Positions 1 through 15,319 of a stretch of 64,000 bases of DNA are shown here, piece after piece; position 1 is the first letter of the stretch; each line of letters opens with the position of its first letter. The position numbers and the translations under genes were made by a program. The DNA comes from Tubulanus polymorphus (taxonomy: Eukaryota > Animalia > Nemertea), in assembly GCF_964204645.1 (NCBI RefSeq), contig NC_134030.1:12421947-12485946 (forward strand). Direction: 5' to 3'. The notes under the pieces were generated by a model. It was not told the origin of the DNA, made no database searches, and saw nothing but the letters and a program-made list of their open reading frames with translations.

Positions 1-859
1 ATTCCTTGTTAACGAAATTACTATGAGATTGCTATTAATGATTATTCATTGTAGTAGTAGTAGTTGTTGTTGTTGTTTTTTCAACATTTACTAAGTTTCT
101 GATCTAACTTGCTTTTGAAGTGAGGACCCATTTCGGGTGATAACGCAAAGAAATTGAAAATGTGAAGCAGGGTGACATAAAGACAAAACGACAGGACGAA
201 AATCACACGACAAAACAAAAGATAACGCGACATATTGACACATTTGGTTGTCTCCCTTGCGGAAAAAAAACATATTAACGTTTTGTCGCGTTATTTTCGT
301 TTTGCCATTCTCTCATCCTGTACATTAATGTCTTGATTATGTTTATTTTGTGCACGTGCAAATGGTTTTGTCAACCGCGAAACACAATATTGTTGTAGCC
401 TATTGGGGTGGTCGAAGAAACAAAAACGCCCCCATTTCCATGTAGGTTCATTTTAACAGCAAACATAGCATCGTCGGCATCGCATTGTCTAAGTATAAAT
501 CATGTAGACATCGTTTGGAACATTGATATCCTAATATTCCGTTGTAATGAAGTGCTGAGATCGTGGGCCGTTGGGTCTGTAATATTCTCATGTAGAGGTA
601 CTGGCATCATAGCGTAAGATTCCTGATATTCCTTTGTAAAAAGGTACTGGGGTGTAGGGTATATGGTTCCTACTGTTCCCTTGTAAATATGACCTGTACA
701 TACATTAACAACGCAATTACCGACGATTCCGACCATGTGGGCTTAGTGCCTGAAGCGGTGTGTCGATGACCGTACGAGTAGGACAGGCGAAACCCAGATA
801 TTGGGGCCTGTAGTTACACTTCTTTTTGAAGTCATTGGCAACCTAAATCAAAACTCATA

Positions 860-1120
860 CGTGATTAATTCCTGTGATCATAGAAATGCGATGATTGTGG
901 TTAAGATAAATCCTGTGATTGTGCGGTAATATAGATTAGATGCTGTGACTGACCGTGAAGTAGGTATAGATGCTATGATTATGGGATGTCGTATATCATG
1001 CTTTAGATCCTTGTGATTGTTGGGCGTGATGTAGGTGCTGAGATTGCGGAGTCATAGAGATGGTGATAGTGGGATGGTATAAACACTGTGATTGAGGGTT
1101 GATATAGATGTCGTGATTGA
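860..1120. repeat. Degenerate minisatellite, ~24-bp unit (consensus like GATGCTGTGATTGTGGG..GATATA)
   Basis: Recurrent (C/G)TGTGATTG / ATAGATG words at roughly regular spacing. Confidence 0.55.
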
Positions 1121-1600
1121 AGACTAGTTAGTTAGAAGTAACGCAAACCGACAATGTATAAGGAAAGCGGATCACTCGCTACATAGCCATATAAGAACCC
1201 TTTACATATGGCTTGATCCTCTCACACTCATGTGTTACGCTTGACCCAAATTGAGAAAAATCCAGCATCGATCGTTGAACTCTGATTGCTTTAATATTTT
1301 TGGGTTTTTAGTACAAAAAGAGACTCTGACTACAATGTTTCTACCTATTTGAAGAAAAAACTCAAGTTAGACACTGACCTACCAGGTCGATTAAGTCAGA
1401 GAAACATTGACGTATCAATATCAATTTAGACTACTCACGATATTGATGATAAACGACAACAAAAATATACGTCCTCCGACGTTTTGGATAGATTTCCTCT
1501 ATCCATCTTCAGAGATTTATCTAAAATGAGTGGACAGCTGGTAATATATAAAATATTACGGCGGAGTTAGCCTTGAAATTTTTTAAAAGTATGGTCGTAC

Positions 1601-2330
1601 TTGTGCTTTAGTACGGGTGTGAAATATGGGGTTCCAACATCAGCAGAAATTGGAGAGGAATTCTTTGTCTATGGCGAATTTGGTATTTTTCCTCTTTTCG
1701 TACAATTCCAAATACAAACCATAAAGTACTTGGTAGATACATTGAAAGCTAAGACAAGCAAATCAACTCGACATTTGTACGATGTATAATGCTAGCTGAT
1801 ATACATAGTCAACCACACTTAGTCAATTGGACATCTCAAGTGAGAGACCTTTTATGTAATTTAGGCTACGGCAATGCATGGTATAATCAATCTATCGATA
1901 ATGAATTATGGTTTTTTAGCTCTATTGAGCAACGCATTAAAGACCAGTTTTCACAAAAATGGTATAACTGGATCAATAATTCAAATAAAACTCAATTTTA
2001 TAGAAATTTCAAAACAACTATTTCCTATGAATCGTACATTAATTTACCAAAACATGTTAGAGTTACAACTGCCAGATTCAGATGCTCAAGTCATACTTTT
2101 TCTGTTGAAACTGGGCGTTGGTCACGCCCCCCAATTCCATATAGTGAGAGACTTTGTCAGTAATGTAGCATGAATGTAGTAGAAGACGAATTTCATGTAC
2201 TTCTTATCTGCCCTTTCTACAGAGAAGAACGGGAGAGATTTATTGCGAGAAACATACGCAGTTGATTTTGTCTATAATACAGTAACTAGAAGTTTTCAAA
2301 AATCGAAGGCAAAAAAATTGATGTGGATGC
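1601..2330 (+). mobile_element. 5'-truncated, frameshifted non-LTR retrotransposon (LINE, CR1/L2-group-like) ORF2 C-terminal fragment
   Basis: Consecutive ORFs give YGEFGIFPL..., NWTSQVRDLL.NLGYGNAWYNQ, FRCSSHTFSVETGR..IPYSERLCQ*CSMNVVEDEFHVLLICPFY (CCHC-type tail typical of LINE ORF2), with stops and frameshifts. Confidence 0.8.
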
Positions 2331-4996
2331 TTGCTAATTCAGGCGTCCAACAGAACCTGTCTCTTATCAACATAAGATCCAGTCATTATACCTCAGAGCG
2401 TCGGCTACCGATATAAAGCACATTGTCGTTACCGATAATCGCACTTAACACTGTAATTGGATTAAAAGTCGATCTGAAACTAAAACAACTTAAAAATCCA
2501 CCGATATCAGCGTTTTGTTCATGTGACAAGCCGATGAATCATTGTAATTCACGACAGAGGGATTAAGGTGCAAAATTTGCGTGAATATCGTCCAAATGGA
2601 TTGTGGAATAGAATAAATATACATTTCAACGGTAACTCGGGGGTACCGGAATTCAATTCTCGAGTGACGGAAACTAATATGTTTGTGATTCATATTTATG
2701 GCCAGAGCACAACTCTCAGGGGTAAACGTCAGTTTGTATCCGACATTCACATGACAAATTACCAAAACTGCATATTTTGAAACGCTTTTGTGGGTATGCA
2801 CTATACGACACCTACGTGTAAGAAAACACCAGACGGTTATCCGCGATAAAATTACACGTTTCTGGGCGTTTAAATGTTCATTTGAAACTCCAATACAATA
2901 AGTGAAAATATGTGCTTTTTCATGCCGTTAGCTTTAGAATTGATGGCCTGGAAATTATTGGCTTCTGGTATGGAAGAAATTACCTATCGATTGTGAAATT
3001 CAATTAATGCGCGAAGGTGTTGTTTATGTCTTTTCGTCAGGCTGCATGGCTCGGCACTTAACGTAAATGTTATTTGGGCATGTAGATTTACTAGCGTTTT
3101 ATCGGCATAGATTGGGCTTGAACCGATAAATTTGCAAAACGGTCGTTAAGGGAGATTAATATGCGGTCTGAATTTCAGCGAGTGACCGCACAGGTGCGAG
3201 CAAAATGCTCATCTCACTAATCGAATACGAATGAATTTACGCTTACAATCTATACACCAAGCCAAATCTATACGCACGAGGGAAGAGCTTCTCTATAATT
3301 GCACATTTGCATACAAAATAGTCCGTTGATATATTTGTCATTCGTGTATTTCACTCGGAATCTATCCTCGAGCCGAATTTATCTTTTTATATATTAAATA
3401 ATCATACGGAGCATTTCATCAAAGATTTTCTAACGTTGACAGAATGATGGACAAAGATGAAAATAAAGATAGAAATAATAATGCTAGTTCAAACTATGAT
3501 CAATTTACGTTAACAACCTGGCCTGTATCATTTTCTTTGGGCTTTTGAGACCTTTCGATCAGCAAAGAATTGGGCGAATTTCATAGTGCGATGATGGTGC
3601 TTGATCTGAGATTTTTCTGTCAAGTATGGTAATGCGTATTGAATTTGGACAGTGCTTTCGTGAACTCGGCTGGCACTGGAGAATTTCAGCTGAAAGTCAA
3701 TTTGATCAATTCCGTCAATACGTCAAATCATGTGCCAAGTCACGATGAAAATCACTCAACGACAAAAGTTGAATCACGGATAAGTGACAAGTTTAAATCT
3801 TCGTATATTTCAGACATGAAAGTAGAAGCCGAGATAACCAAGCGTGTGATTCGGCGAAGAAAGGGCTATAAATGATCCGGTAACGCCGCCAAGACCGTTC
3901 AATGTTCGCCCCCGAATTACAACAGACGACGTGCTTCGCAAGCAGAATTCAAACGAGCGCATTTTCAACCACTTAAGATTTTCGCAAATTGCACCGATCT
4001 CTTAAATGTATTGAAATGCATTGTGGATAGGACATCAGTTACCTAATCGACAAAATCCAAAGTGTCGTTGCAACCTCAAACGTTACAGGGCTAATCAGAT
4101 AATTTGTCCAATGCCATTTGCAAAAGTTTTTCGGATCTTAAGGAGTGTACAAAACAGTTTTATTGGTTTATTTCCAGATATACCCGTAACACTTTTGTCC
4201 TTCGCTCCAAATTCTATTTCACTACAACCGAGAAAAATAGGTCTTACGCGATATTAACTAATTTCTAAAGATACTCGAGTTTTAACCATTTCAACGTAAA
4301 CGAAAGCTCGCTGCACACGTACTTGTTTCGCTAGGATTTCCTTTTTTAATCTGACAAGTGCCAGTGTTCGTGTTTGGCTAGCCAGGTACATGTTTCTACG
4401 GCAGAAATTTGTCTGTATCTACGGCAGAGATTTGCCTCATCTGATACGTAGTATCAGACTGAGGTGGCGCCGTTCAACTTCGCACCAAAATAAAAAATCC
4501 TGCGCATTTTGTATCCACGTATTGAGCAAAGGGCTATAAGTGTCATTATATTGCAACTTGTGATAAGCCTGATTGTCTTATATGTATACTCTATATATCT
4601 TTTAGTACTCTGAAAAGAAAATAATTTGGTTTTTGGTGATTATTGCACTGTTTCCGAACTAAAATGGGCATGAATGGGAAAACATGCTATGCTAGCCTAA
4701 ACTCTGGACACTTAATTCTGGAATTTGAAAAGTCAGTTTAAGCCTACTTGATAAATGCCAGTTATTTTTCTAGGGCTATTGCTAATAGGTCTGTGCCTCT
4801 AAAAGAATAAAAATCTTTTTGGGGTCTGTGTAGAATATATAAGAAGCGTGAATTTCATGCTGAGAAATATTTAGAAGTCTAATTTTTATTGCGAACTTAT
4901 GTCGGCCTTCATTTTGGACACATTCGGCGCGAGTATGTCGGCCATTGACATTGTCTCGCAGTAACATTATCTATTCGGCTATTACTATCCGGTTTC

Positions 4997-5189
4997 TAAG
5001 TTCCATTGGATGTTTTTTGAAAAAAAAGTCGTTGATTGTGTCAATCTAAGCCCTATTGTTTGTTGATAAATTTTTAACGTTAAAAATAAAATTAAGTTCC
5101 ATTGGATGTTTTTTGAAACAAAAAGTCGTTGATTGTGTCAATCTAAGCCCTATTGTTTGTTGATAAATTTTTAACGTTAAAAATAAAAT
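4997..5189. repeat. Recent tandem duplication, 2 x ~96 bp
   Basis: TAAGTTCCATTGGATG...AAAATAAAAT at 4997 and again at 5093, nearly identical. Confidence 0.95.
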
Positions 5190-8100
5190 GGTTAGTTTTA
5201 ACGTATGATTTTCAAATCGACAACTCTATTCATAATCCAAGTGCAAGTGGGTAAAATGACCTAATTGACAATTTCTAGATGACCGGTCGTATTCTTTATG
5301 CATCAGTGATTATAACGGACCAGTTCTAATTAAGGTTTTGTGCGGTAATTTTTATTCTAGAAGCGAAAAAACATTCAGACAGCGATTTCAATTATTTTCG
5401 AAGCGGTTTAGAAGTATAGTCGCTTTAACGATAGATTTGATTATAATAATCGTTTCATTGCACTGAAATATTGTGTTGGCCTAATGATAAAGTGAATAAT
5501 CATTAACGAGGAAATTTCAATTCCTATAACGGATTGTAATTGTAGATCGCTATCGCATAATTGGTGGAAAAACGTATTTTTGTTGGATCCAATTTCATTC
5601 TGGAGCTATTCGATATCTGCGTCTCTTTTCGCGTTTTTTTTCACTGATAGATCATAGGCAAGTTCAATCATGGTGGCATTTTTATAAGTATGATGAGAAG
5701 TTTATCACAAAGTTCCGACTCAGATCTAGGAAATTCCACGTAGAATTTTAACCTCTAAATAGAATTCGAAAAAAGCTTTATTGGTGGAGTTTGAAGCTGT
5801 AAATACAAAGCACTCGGGTGATATCTAAGTTAATGGTTTCAAGCATAATTTTCAATCGAATGCACGATATTCTTAGAGACATTATCAAAGAAGCGACATT
5901 TTTATGAAATGTCTTTTAAGCACCAACGGCCACTACGAAACATCGGTGATAACCTTATTCAATCTAACGTAAACTGGTTTTGGACAGAAAACGGTGGAAT
6001 CTCAACAGCAGCATTTATTTTCGTACTTGCGTATACGATTATTTGACTCCAGACAAAAATTGGACTCATTTCTAATTTCACTCATCTCGAATTTTATCAA
6101 TTTCCGTTTAAACTAATAGCAACTTTCCAATGAGTGATGATAAAGATAACAACTCTATAGAAAAATGAAATTGAACGCTATAAAACTATACTTACAGTAG
6201 GCCTAACAATGAACAGCTGTATGAGTAATCTCGTCCTTTCTGACGACTGTATCGTGATCGTCTGACAAACAAGTACTTCTGATATTAAGTGTGTTCCCGA
6301 TATTCGATGTATTTCGTGAGGAATTCGAAAATATACTTGAAGCGTCGTCGATTGATTCCACGACTCAAAAATCACCTCCTCTTATTATATCGATCTGGAA
6401 TAGCGCTCGGCTCTGACAGATATACAACATTACACTCCGAACGCTGATTATATAAAGGCTCGCTCTCCCGACGTGTCGATGTGTGAGTTTAGTACTAGAC
6501 TTTATTTTAGTTACCGGTCGTATCTCTGCGCTACTACTCCCATCGAATTTGTGCAGTCCACCAAAACAAAAACCTGGTGACTATTTTTTTCCGATAGTAT
6601 TTATAAGTCTTTTTTACATCACAACCTTTTCAATGGTTTGAATTGTAACGGACTGATGGAACGAAAAGTCCAATATACAAAACAACGCAATCAACCCGAA
6701 TTCTTCATCTGGAATCTGATTTAACGTTCGGTAAAATAGTTCCGAAATTACCCGACCGCATCATTTTAACTTTATAGCCTCGCGTTATATAGTCAATTAA
6801 GCCCATCACGATCCGTTTCCATTTAGTCCCCGGTTACAGATTCTAAGTGATTTTGAGTAAGACTTAACCGAGAACTGTGGAACTGGTTCCTGGGCCTGAT
6901 GTGGTTCTATGACTGATGAATCGTAACAACTATTCACAATTACAATTAAGATTAGTTTATAATACCAAAAAACTTATTCTAATCATTTTTTATGATACAC
7001 ATACATGTATACATATATACGTAATACTGTGTGGCAGGTACAAAAACCTGGAGTTAATTCAAGTGAGGATTACAAATATTCACACAAGGGTATCTAAAGG
7101 TATTTCCACACAGATACAGGGCATCTAGAGACACGTCACAAGGTACAAATACCCATTCATCAGTCGAATACGGACAACGAGGGCTTCCCTAAGGAGAGTA
7201 GATAAATTTTATATATTATCAGTACTGGAAAGTAAGTGAATGAATGAATAAATTTCCATCTATTTTGGTTTGTCCAATGATTTATTGCGATATGATATAG
7301 CTGCTTCACACCCGGAAAGGCAGGACAGATCAAGGCAAAATGGTACTCATCATTATTTAGGGACTTTCAAACTCGTCAGTGGAAACTGACGACAACTGTC
7401 CGTAATCAAACGAATCATGCCCGTATCGATGTAATTAACACGCCATAGTAAATAAGCATCAAATTTTGATTAACTACTAGCCTTGATTATCATCATAATA
7501 TGTAAGACTTCGAATGTATCGCATTGTCCAAGTCATTATCATCGTCACTATTAGGCCTATCGTTATTATTATCAAAACCGTCATTATCGATTGTGTTTGG
7601 TTGAGTGTTCCAACTCGTATCGATTACATAGATTATGCTCGTAGATAGCATTGAATTGAAATTTCAAATATGATGCTTGTAGTTACTTCACTGCATCACG
7701 CTATACCAAAATTCCGACAAAGGTATCATACGTATTTATTTGAAGGTCAATTAAATCAGCTGCTACAATCGCTATTGCTTATGATGCAGTTTTGTAAGAT
7801 TACGAACTCGAATAACACTCTTGATTTAAGTTAATCATCGTTAACCAATACATTGACATATCATTAGGACTAACGAGCGAATTATTCCATATTTATGAAT
7901 TTCAATACAGCATAGTTACGCGCTATTTTCGTGGATGCATCCAGCCGCGCACTGACATTCAAAATCAGAGCCCCATTTCCGGTGCACCGCCACAGGGACG
8001 GGAATATCGATCGCGTATAATATAAAGAACGAACTGTGAAGTCAATATGGTTATCATGAAATAATGATGGACAAACGCTCTTAAACTGCTAAAGATAACA

Positions 8101-9299
8101 TATTTCAGGTGATTTATTCTTGAATATAAACCTGGATACTTTGAGTGTATATTATCAATAAGACTCGATTCGATCTCCACCAATTTTTCAACGGCACGTT
8201 AAAACGAAAATCCTATTTCATCGTCAAACGTGTTTGCTAAAAAAGAGAAAAGAAATTGTTGGAGATTGCGTGTCAAGTTTTTTTTCTAGTATGGCCCGAA
8301 CCCCATCAGTTGGTCTACAATTTGCGATTAGGATTATCTATTAGTAGTATAAACCTATCTAATCATCATCAATTGGGGTTCACTTATCTATGCCGGCTGA
8401 TTCGGGCCATACTAAAAGATTTATAACATTTCATTACATTTGAATGTGCCATCATATTTGTTGGTTTCTTATGCATCAAACGATCACTGGACACAATTCC
8501 GAATTCTTTGGTGCTTTTACGAGTTCTGACAGCAGATCTTTCCCGCTTAGAATTAGTAATCACAGAAGAAATCTATAACGATGACATTACTATAACAGAC
8601 GCGATGTAGATGTTTCACAATGACAGCTGAATATTTCTCAAGACAAATCAGACAAAAAAAACTTATAATTGCTTTAGATATCAAATTTCACTCACTTGTC
8701 TACCAGTTAATGATTCAATCGTTTATATTACTTCCCACAATGTCACCATTTATTGATAATTGTGGCGATTTCTTTTGTTCTTATCATGGAAGAAGATTAT
8801 AAAATATACAAAACGCTACAATGTATAGGCCTACTCTTCTGTTAAAGAGTTTATCTTTATGCTACCGATACTTCATTGCAATTTTGTTTCTTTATCGTTA
8901 ATAAAGAAACCACAACGTCGTCTGTCTGTTAGGGTTTGCAAACTTGTTCTATCTAAGAGAATTATGTAGATGCCAATTGAAGTGACTTGATGAGCATAAC
9001 AAATGATTTTACCAGCAAAAACAGTTGAAATTGAATTCTATTATTTTATTTGGAAATATCTTTTTATCTATATATGAGCCAAGTGTTGTACTTTTTATGC
9101 CATCATTATATTATTTGTCTAACATCCGTAATTTGTAGTCTGTTGAGCTATTATATCTAACGGACTGCAAATGAATATTATGTTATCATTATTATATTAA
9201 TTTTGTATCACAGCATTAGTTTCACACTTTTCCTTGAAAATTAATATCTGTAGAAATATCATTTTTTATTCACCCAACCTTTCAACCTCTGATATGAAA

Positions 9300-10712
9300 C
9301 AAGATATATACACTTACACTAATAATTTCATATTTATGAAAATTATCTTTATGAAATTTGATATATGATTTATATTCAAAACATGTAATATTTATATTTG
9401 TATGAGTTAGATTCTCGAATAAGAAAAGTGTGAGTAAAGTGTGTGTGAAATATTTTTTCAAGTGCTAATAAATATAAAGATATATTCTTTATGCACTATA
9501 AGTACTAAAACTACTAAAGAAGTAAAGATACTGAATATTATATTTATGAAATCTTATATTTCTAAAATCTATTTTAATAAAAAAAATGTGTATAATAAAT
9601 GGAGAGTAAACAAGTACACAGTGAGAACAACCAATTCTAATGAAATATAAAAAACTAACGAGTAATTTACGAGTTGATAAAAATAACATTTCTTAACTGA
9701 AATATATAGTAAATTAATCAAATTTATTGAAATATAAAAAACTAACGAGTAATTAACGAGTTGATGAAAATATCAATTTTAATAAAAGACTGATAAATGA
9801 ATGAAGAGATACTACATTCCAAAGATATTGATTTACATGAATTAGAAAAATATTTTATTATTAAAAACTTTATTCCTATGAAAGATTTGATTAAAACTGC
9901 ACGTTTTCAAGTGAATGATATTACTAGATTAATGTTTGAAAATTATCATCTAATGATAGAGTTATCGAATGAAAAAGATAAAATCTTATTCAATACAATG
10001 ATTCCAAAATTCACAACATTTAATGAAATAGGGAAACATTTAATAATTACAGATGAAATAAATACAAACGCTTTTAGATAATGAAAAATCAGATAAATCA
10101 TTATTCATACATGCACGTTATTGCCCTTTCAGAGAATGTTATGTAGTTTTTCAGAGAAGAAGAAAAAAAATTTATCCCAGACATTCCAAATGAAAAATCA
10201 TTTAATGGAATTCAATATAACTTAGAAAATAAAATTGATACACCTTAGAAGAAATATAATCCTAATGAAAACGTTTTATGTAATTGTAGAAAATATTATA
10301 CTCGAAGCAATAAATCACATCATCTGAAATCGAAACATTATAACTCAAATATAATAATTCAACTCTAAATGAATATATTACATAACAAATATATAAAACT
10401 AAAATATTCAAAATAAGATGTTTCAAAGTATTTATCAATCTTTTAATTTTTTTTTAAAATAAATGTATGATTTCGTCCCAACCGGAAGTAGTGACTTGAA
10501 GCATTATTTAGTAGCAGGTGGATTAATATTAGCTGCATTATACTTTTATTAAGAGAATATAAGTAAAGATCTGATTAATAAAAATATGAAATTAAGTAGG
10601 AAATTAAAGAAGTTAAATGGAAATAATCATAGAAATAATAATAATAAAAAAGTATCACATGAATTAAAAAAACCTCTAGTGCGATTGATAATTAATCGCG
10701 CTAGAGGTTTTT
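9300..10712 (+). other. Extremely AT-rich island with decayed compact ORFs; possible Polinton/DNA-virus-like remnant
   Basis: K/N/I-rich intronless ORF pieces (9797-10081), peptide NENVLCNCRKYYTRSNKSHHLKSKH (10264-10338), small hydrophobic piece ILVAGGLILAALYFY, terminal hairpin 10668-10712. Confidence 0.3.
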
Positions 10713-11229
10713 GTTTAATTCATGTTAAAATCTGTCCAACAATGCGGGACCTCTGGGACCGCCTCAAATGGCGTCCGGTAACTGAAAACGTCCCTATTAT
10801 CCCCAATCAGTCGCTTGCCGGTTTGGGACAGTTAAGAAAATCATTTAAACGAACCGGAATTGAAATTTCCAGTTATGTGCCTTTTTAAAAAGAGTTATGT
10901 AAATTTGACCGATCATTTTATCAAAATTGACTCGATTTTGGTCAGTGTCAACAAATGTTCATAGTTCTAATTGATCCCGAGAGAGAATGACAAAACTATG
11001 GAACGCGAAAAATGAAAAAAAAAGATATGAGCGCTGCACCGACATGTTTTTTGCAACGTAATAGCATCCCGACATAAGAATTTATATTTCTATAGCGACG
11101 TAATACTTTAATGCATTTGCGACGACGTAAGTTTTTGCGACGACGTAAGTTAGTTCCAAAAATCACCACCAAGTGGCACTGCAGATGTTCATTCAATGAT
11201 TAATTTTTGGATAAAGACAGTATCGGGAA

Positions 11230-11990
11230 AGGAAACTAAACTAAACTCAATCCTTTATAAAATATCTTTCAATCTGTATCTAAACGATAGACATAAGAGT
11301 CCTTGGTTATCATTTATTTAAAAAATCCTTTGATGATTGCGGTTTATCTCATATGTGGACACAACAATTTATGGCGAACAGTAGGACCTTCTCAAGGCGA
11401 ATAAAACAGATTTTTCGTGATCAACACCTTCCGCATATCGTTTCCACAATAGATGCTAATCCGACATACATTAATTATTGGCAATATAAAATTGATATTA
11501 GATTAGAAAGGTATATTAGTGAACTTGATGCAGATTTAGAAATAAGTTTATTCGAATTTAGAATTGGGTCTTATCTCTTGCCTGTAAATAAATTATCAAA
11601 TCTTCCGTTAGATAGAAATGATAGATTATGTTCGGCTTGTAATGTTTTAGGTGATGAATTGCGTTATATTTTTAACTGCAACCTACTGAATGAAATCCGT
11701 GAAAATATTTTGAATTTGAACTCTTTTGGCAATCTTGATATTCTAAAAAAATCCTACAATCCACCTTGCAAAATTCATTAAGAAAGGCTTAGATGTGTAA
11801 AGATCCCTCCAATAATTAGTATGTTGTAAATAGTGTATGTACATATTGTTAATAACTTTGTTATATTTTATCAAAACAAGTTTATATTTGTTAATCTGTT
11901 CTGTTAATCGTTAATATTGTAAACTTTGTATAAGTCTCCCTCCATGTACCATAGAAATGGCTGGAGTATAAATGAAATCCTAATCCTAGT
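11230..11990 (+). mobile_element. LINE (CR1/L2-group-like) 3' fragment
   Basis: ORF 11353-11781 with FRIGSYLLPV...RNDRLCSACNVLGDELRYIFNC; homologous to the copy at 13535-13995. Confidence 0.8.
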
Positions 11991-13534
11991 CCAATTGAAT
12001 GAAATTGAATTGATTTGCAATTTTCGACGAAACATTACCGGAAAATCTCGGACTCTATTAATATTAATCCGGCGATGCCGGTGAAATAGAAAGTGTCAGA
12101 GTATGTCAGGTGGCGCACCGTACGACGTGATATAAATCGTGGAAGATATTCGGAGGCGCATTTGTTTGAAATCGGTTTGCACAAACCGTTTCGCTTTGTA
12201 GGAAAATCGTCTTTGTTCTACCTCTTTACAAACCGGTTTGCACAAACAAGCGTCAGCGTAAACCTAAAGCAAGCGTTCAAATAGTACGTATGGCCAGTTT
12301 TACCGTTGTTAGACCCCTCTCCCCCTTGTACGATCTTGGTACTTATTTCATTGACCCCCAACCGCACCTACATTTTGAAAGACCCCCTAAAATCAACCAA
12401 TTAGACATAACATGGCATATAATCCAACTTAATAGAACTTTTAACCTACTTTCACTTACTATAGGCTAGTATTGAGATAAGGATCGGTTTACTGTAATTA
12501 ATTTTGTCTCTCAGACATATGTTTGACGTAATTTTGGATATCTCTCGTCCATTAAGTACGTACATTTTTTTGAGGGACCCCCCTACCAGAAAAGTGCGGT
12601 ACGTAAATCTTTCTTTAACACCCCCCCCCCCCCCATACGAAGTTAGTACATTGTTTTTCTTTCATATATTGCGTTCCATACAAAACAACTTACGTAGAAA
12701 TAGCATAAATGGCTTATGATTCGTGGCCCGGTGCAATACGGTGGCACAAACTTGCTGATAGCCTGTGGTCTCATCGGTAGTTTTTCATTAATCAAAGGGA
12801 CAAAACAAATCAGAAGTGCCTTTAGTTCTTCAAATTTTAAGGCAGCATAAATTTAAGACCAGTCGGGTTACTGACGAAATCAATATCATCGACTGACTGT
12901 TTTTTAATAGTTTGGCGATAGCATATTTCTTATAGTAAAGCCATTTAGGCCTTACGTTCCAGTTTAATGTTCCGTGATAGGATATTTTTATAGTAAAAAC
13001 CATTAAGGCCTAATGTGCCGGTTAAACTTTTCGTGCCAAAAATACATAGCTAGACCTCATATCATAACCGACGATGAAAGGAACCAAGACTTTGTAACTG
13101 CATTTAAATTTTTGAACTCAATTAGAAGATTAAAGCTACAACATGACGTAATCGTAGCAAGAAAGCTAGTAGCAAAATGGACTCAGGTCTAGTCTTAACA
13201 CGAAGACTAGTCAGGGTACCGACTTAACGATATCAACAAGTGCCTTCAGTATGAAAATATTGTCTGTGGTAGAATTATATTCCCAAACCCTGCCTGATTT
13301 TCATAACCGCGCGCTTTCAAAATACCGTACTCGCATTCAATTTTGATGTAAATAATTTACCCGCACAACTCATCAAAGTGATGACACGGTAGTAGGACTC
13401 TTTCTGACGTCCAAACAATTAAAGATTCAACACATTCAAGCTATCTTTGCAAGATTGTGCGTTGGTTGTAAGATTGTGCATACGTTGTTGAAATATGATA
13501 GAGTTTTTAGAGACTATAGATAAAATAAGATAAT

Positions 13535-13995
13535 TCATTACTCTCCAACTATTTCCATGGTATGTAGAGGGATGAATGATTTTGTTTACAAATATTTACA
13601 TATCGAGAGAAAAATAAAAAGATTTTAAAAACATAACAAGGTTATTTACAATACATACAAAAAGTGTACTATTTACAATCGACAGACTATAGGAGGGATC
13701 TATATACATCTAAACTATCTTAAATAAATAGGCCTAGTGCTCATTAAAAATTTGGAATTTTAATATATCAAAGTTTTTAAATGAGTCTAAATTTGGAATG
13801 GTTTCGCGAAGTTCGATAAGAAGGGAACAATCAAAGAGAAAATGTAATTCATCCCCAAAAACATTGCAGATTGGGCACATTCTTTCGTTTCTATGGAGAT
13901 GTAGATTAGAAAATCTATGTACAGGTAATAGGTGAGACCCAATTCTAAACTGAAAATAACTTAACACAAAATTATCATCGAGTTGATTAATATAG
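13535..13995 (-). mobile_element. LINE 3' fragment, same family as 11230-11990, inverted orientation
   Basis: FRIGSHLLPV...RNERMCPICNVFGDELHFLFDC; shared 3' UTR words (TTAGATGT.TA.AGATCCCTCC). Confidence 0.8.
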
Positions 13996-14314
13996 AAAAT
14001 TTCACCTAAGCGCCACCTGGTGTATGATGACGGCCAACAATAAAAGATTCAACACTATCGATTGAAATGAAGCGTTTTTGTGGCAGAAATAAAATCTGAC
14101 AATTGAAAAACTCATCTTGGAAATAGAACCTAAAACGAACATTGTAAGATTGTGCGGGTTAAAATACGATATGGAGTTTTTGCTAGGATGGCGTTATAGT
14201 CATCATCATGCGTACTGATACGGAATGAATTTACGAACCAGATATTTATACAAGGATAAAACAGATGGACTGAGTGATTGATTAAAAAGTTGAACTGAGA
14301 ATACAAGTTTATTC

Positions 14315-14488
<174 letters not shown>

Positions 14489-15319
14489 CAACTAAGCAAG
14501 GGTAAATGACTGGGGGTTATCGTAAGAGTAAGTAGGGGGTTATCATAAAATCATACAAGTTGATCATACTGGTTTCATTCTATTCCTCGAATACGTTGTA
14601 GGAGAATTACAGTAAACCTTGCCTACGTAGGTCGGATCTGTTGGGACCAAGAAAACCATCCGACTTAGAACAAGCCGGATTCCAGCCTTTTACCGAAAAC
14701 TACGACTTCAGTTCTGTAAAATGGAAAACTCCAATCTACGGAAGCTGCTAGGTGACATACGAGAAAATTTTTTTCACAATTTCGACTTATTTTGTCGAAA
14801 TTCGAAACTCAGGTGTCACTGTCAGGATTCAAACTGTACCAATCAACGTCAATAAGAAATAATTTTTAAATAATAAAATATTTCAGGTATATTTCGCTAT
14901 TATAATACAGAACCGCAACTAAAAATATCGACCGTTGACATGTATCGTCGATTTCAAGCCAGGAACAGTTGTCGAAACCTGGAAGAAATCAAACTGCAAT
15001 GGGATGAAATTACCCTCCGACTTAAAGATTGATTCTGCTTTCTGTAAATGTATATACGCTTAGTTACTCAATGACACGCTTTGGGTTCGTGTATCAATAT
15101 CAAGTTTCTAAAACGGAAATTCCAATATAATTTGATATGAATACATTTGAGACGTACAGAATATTTGGGATCCATACTGGGAATCTAGAACATAAATTAA
15201 GTTGATTTTGCGGTTGACAAAACATTTATATTTCATTACCATGCAATGATGTACAATGATTGGATGACTGAGCGATTTTAACGGTCATAAAAAGCCACGA
15301 AGAAGCGCCATTTCATTCA

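Noticed and set aside
500-842. Minus-strand exon-like segment (acceptor near 843; VGIVGNCVV resembles GPCR TM1)
   Set aside because: No further TM pattern or consistent splice partner; no product assignable
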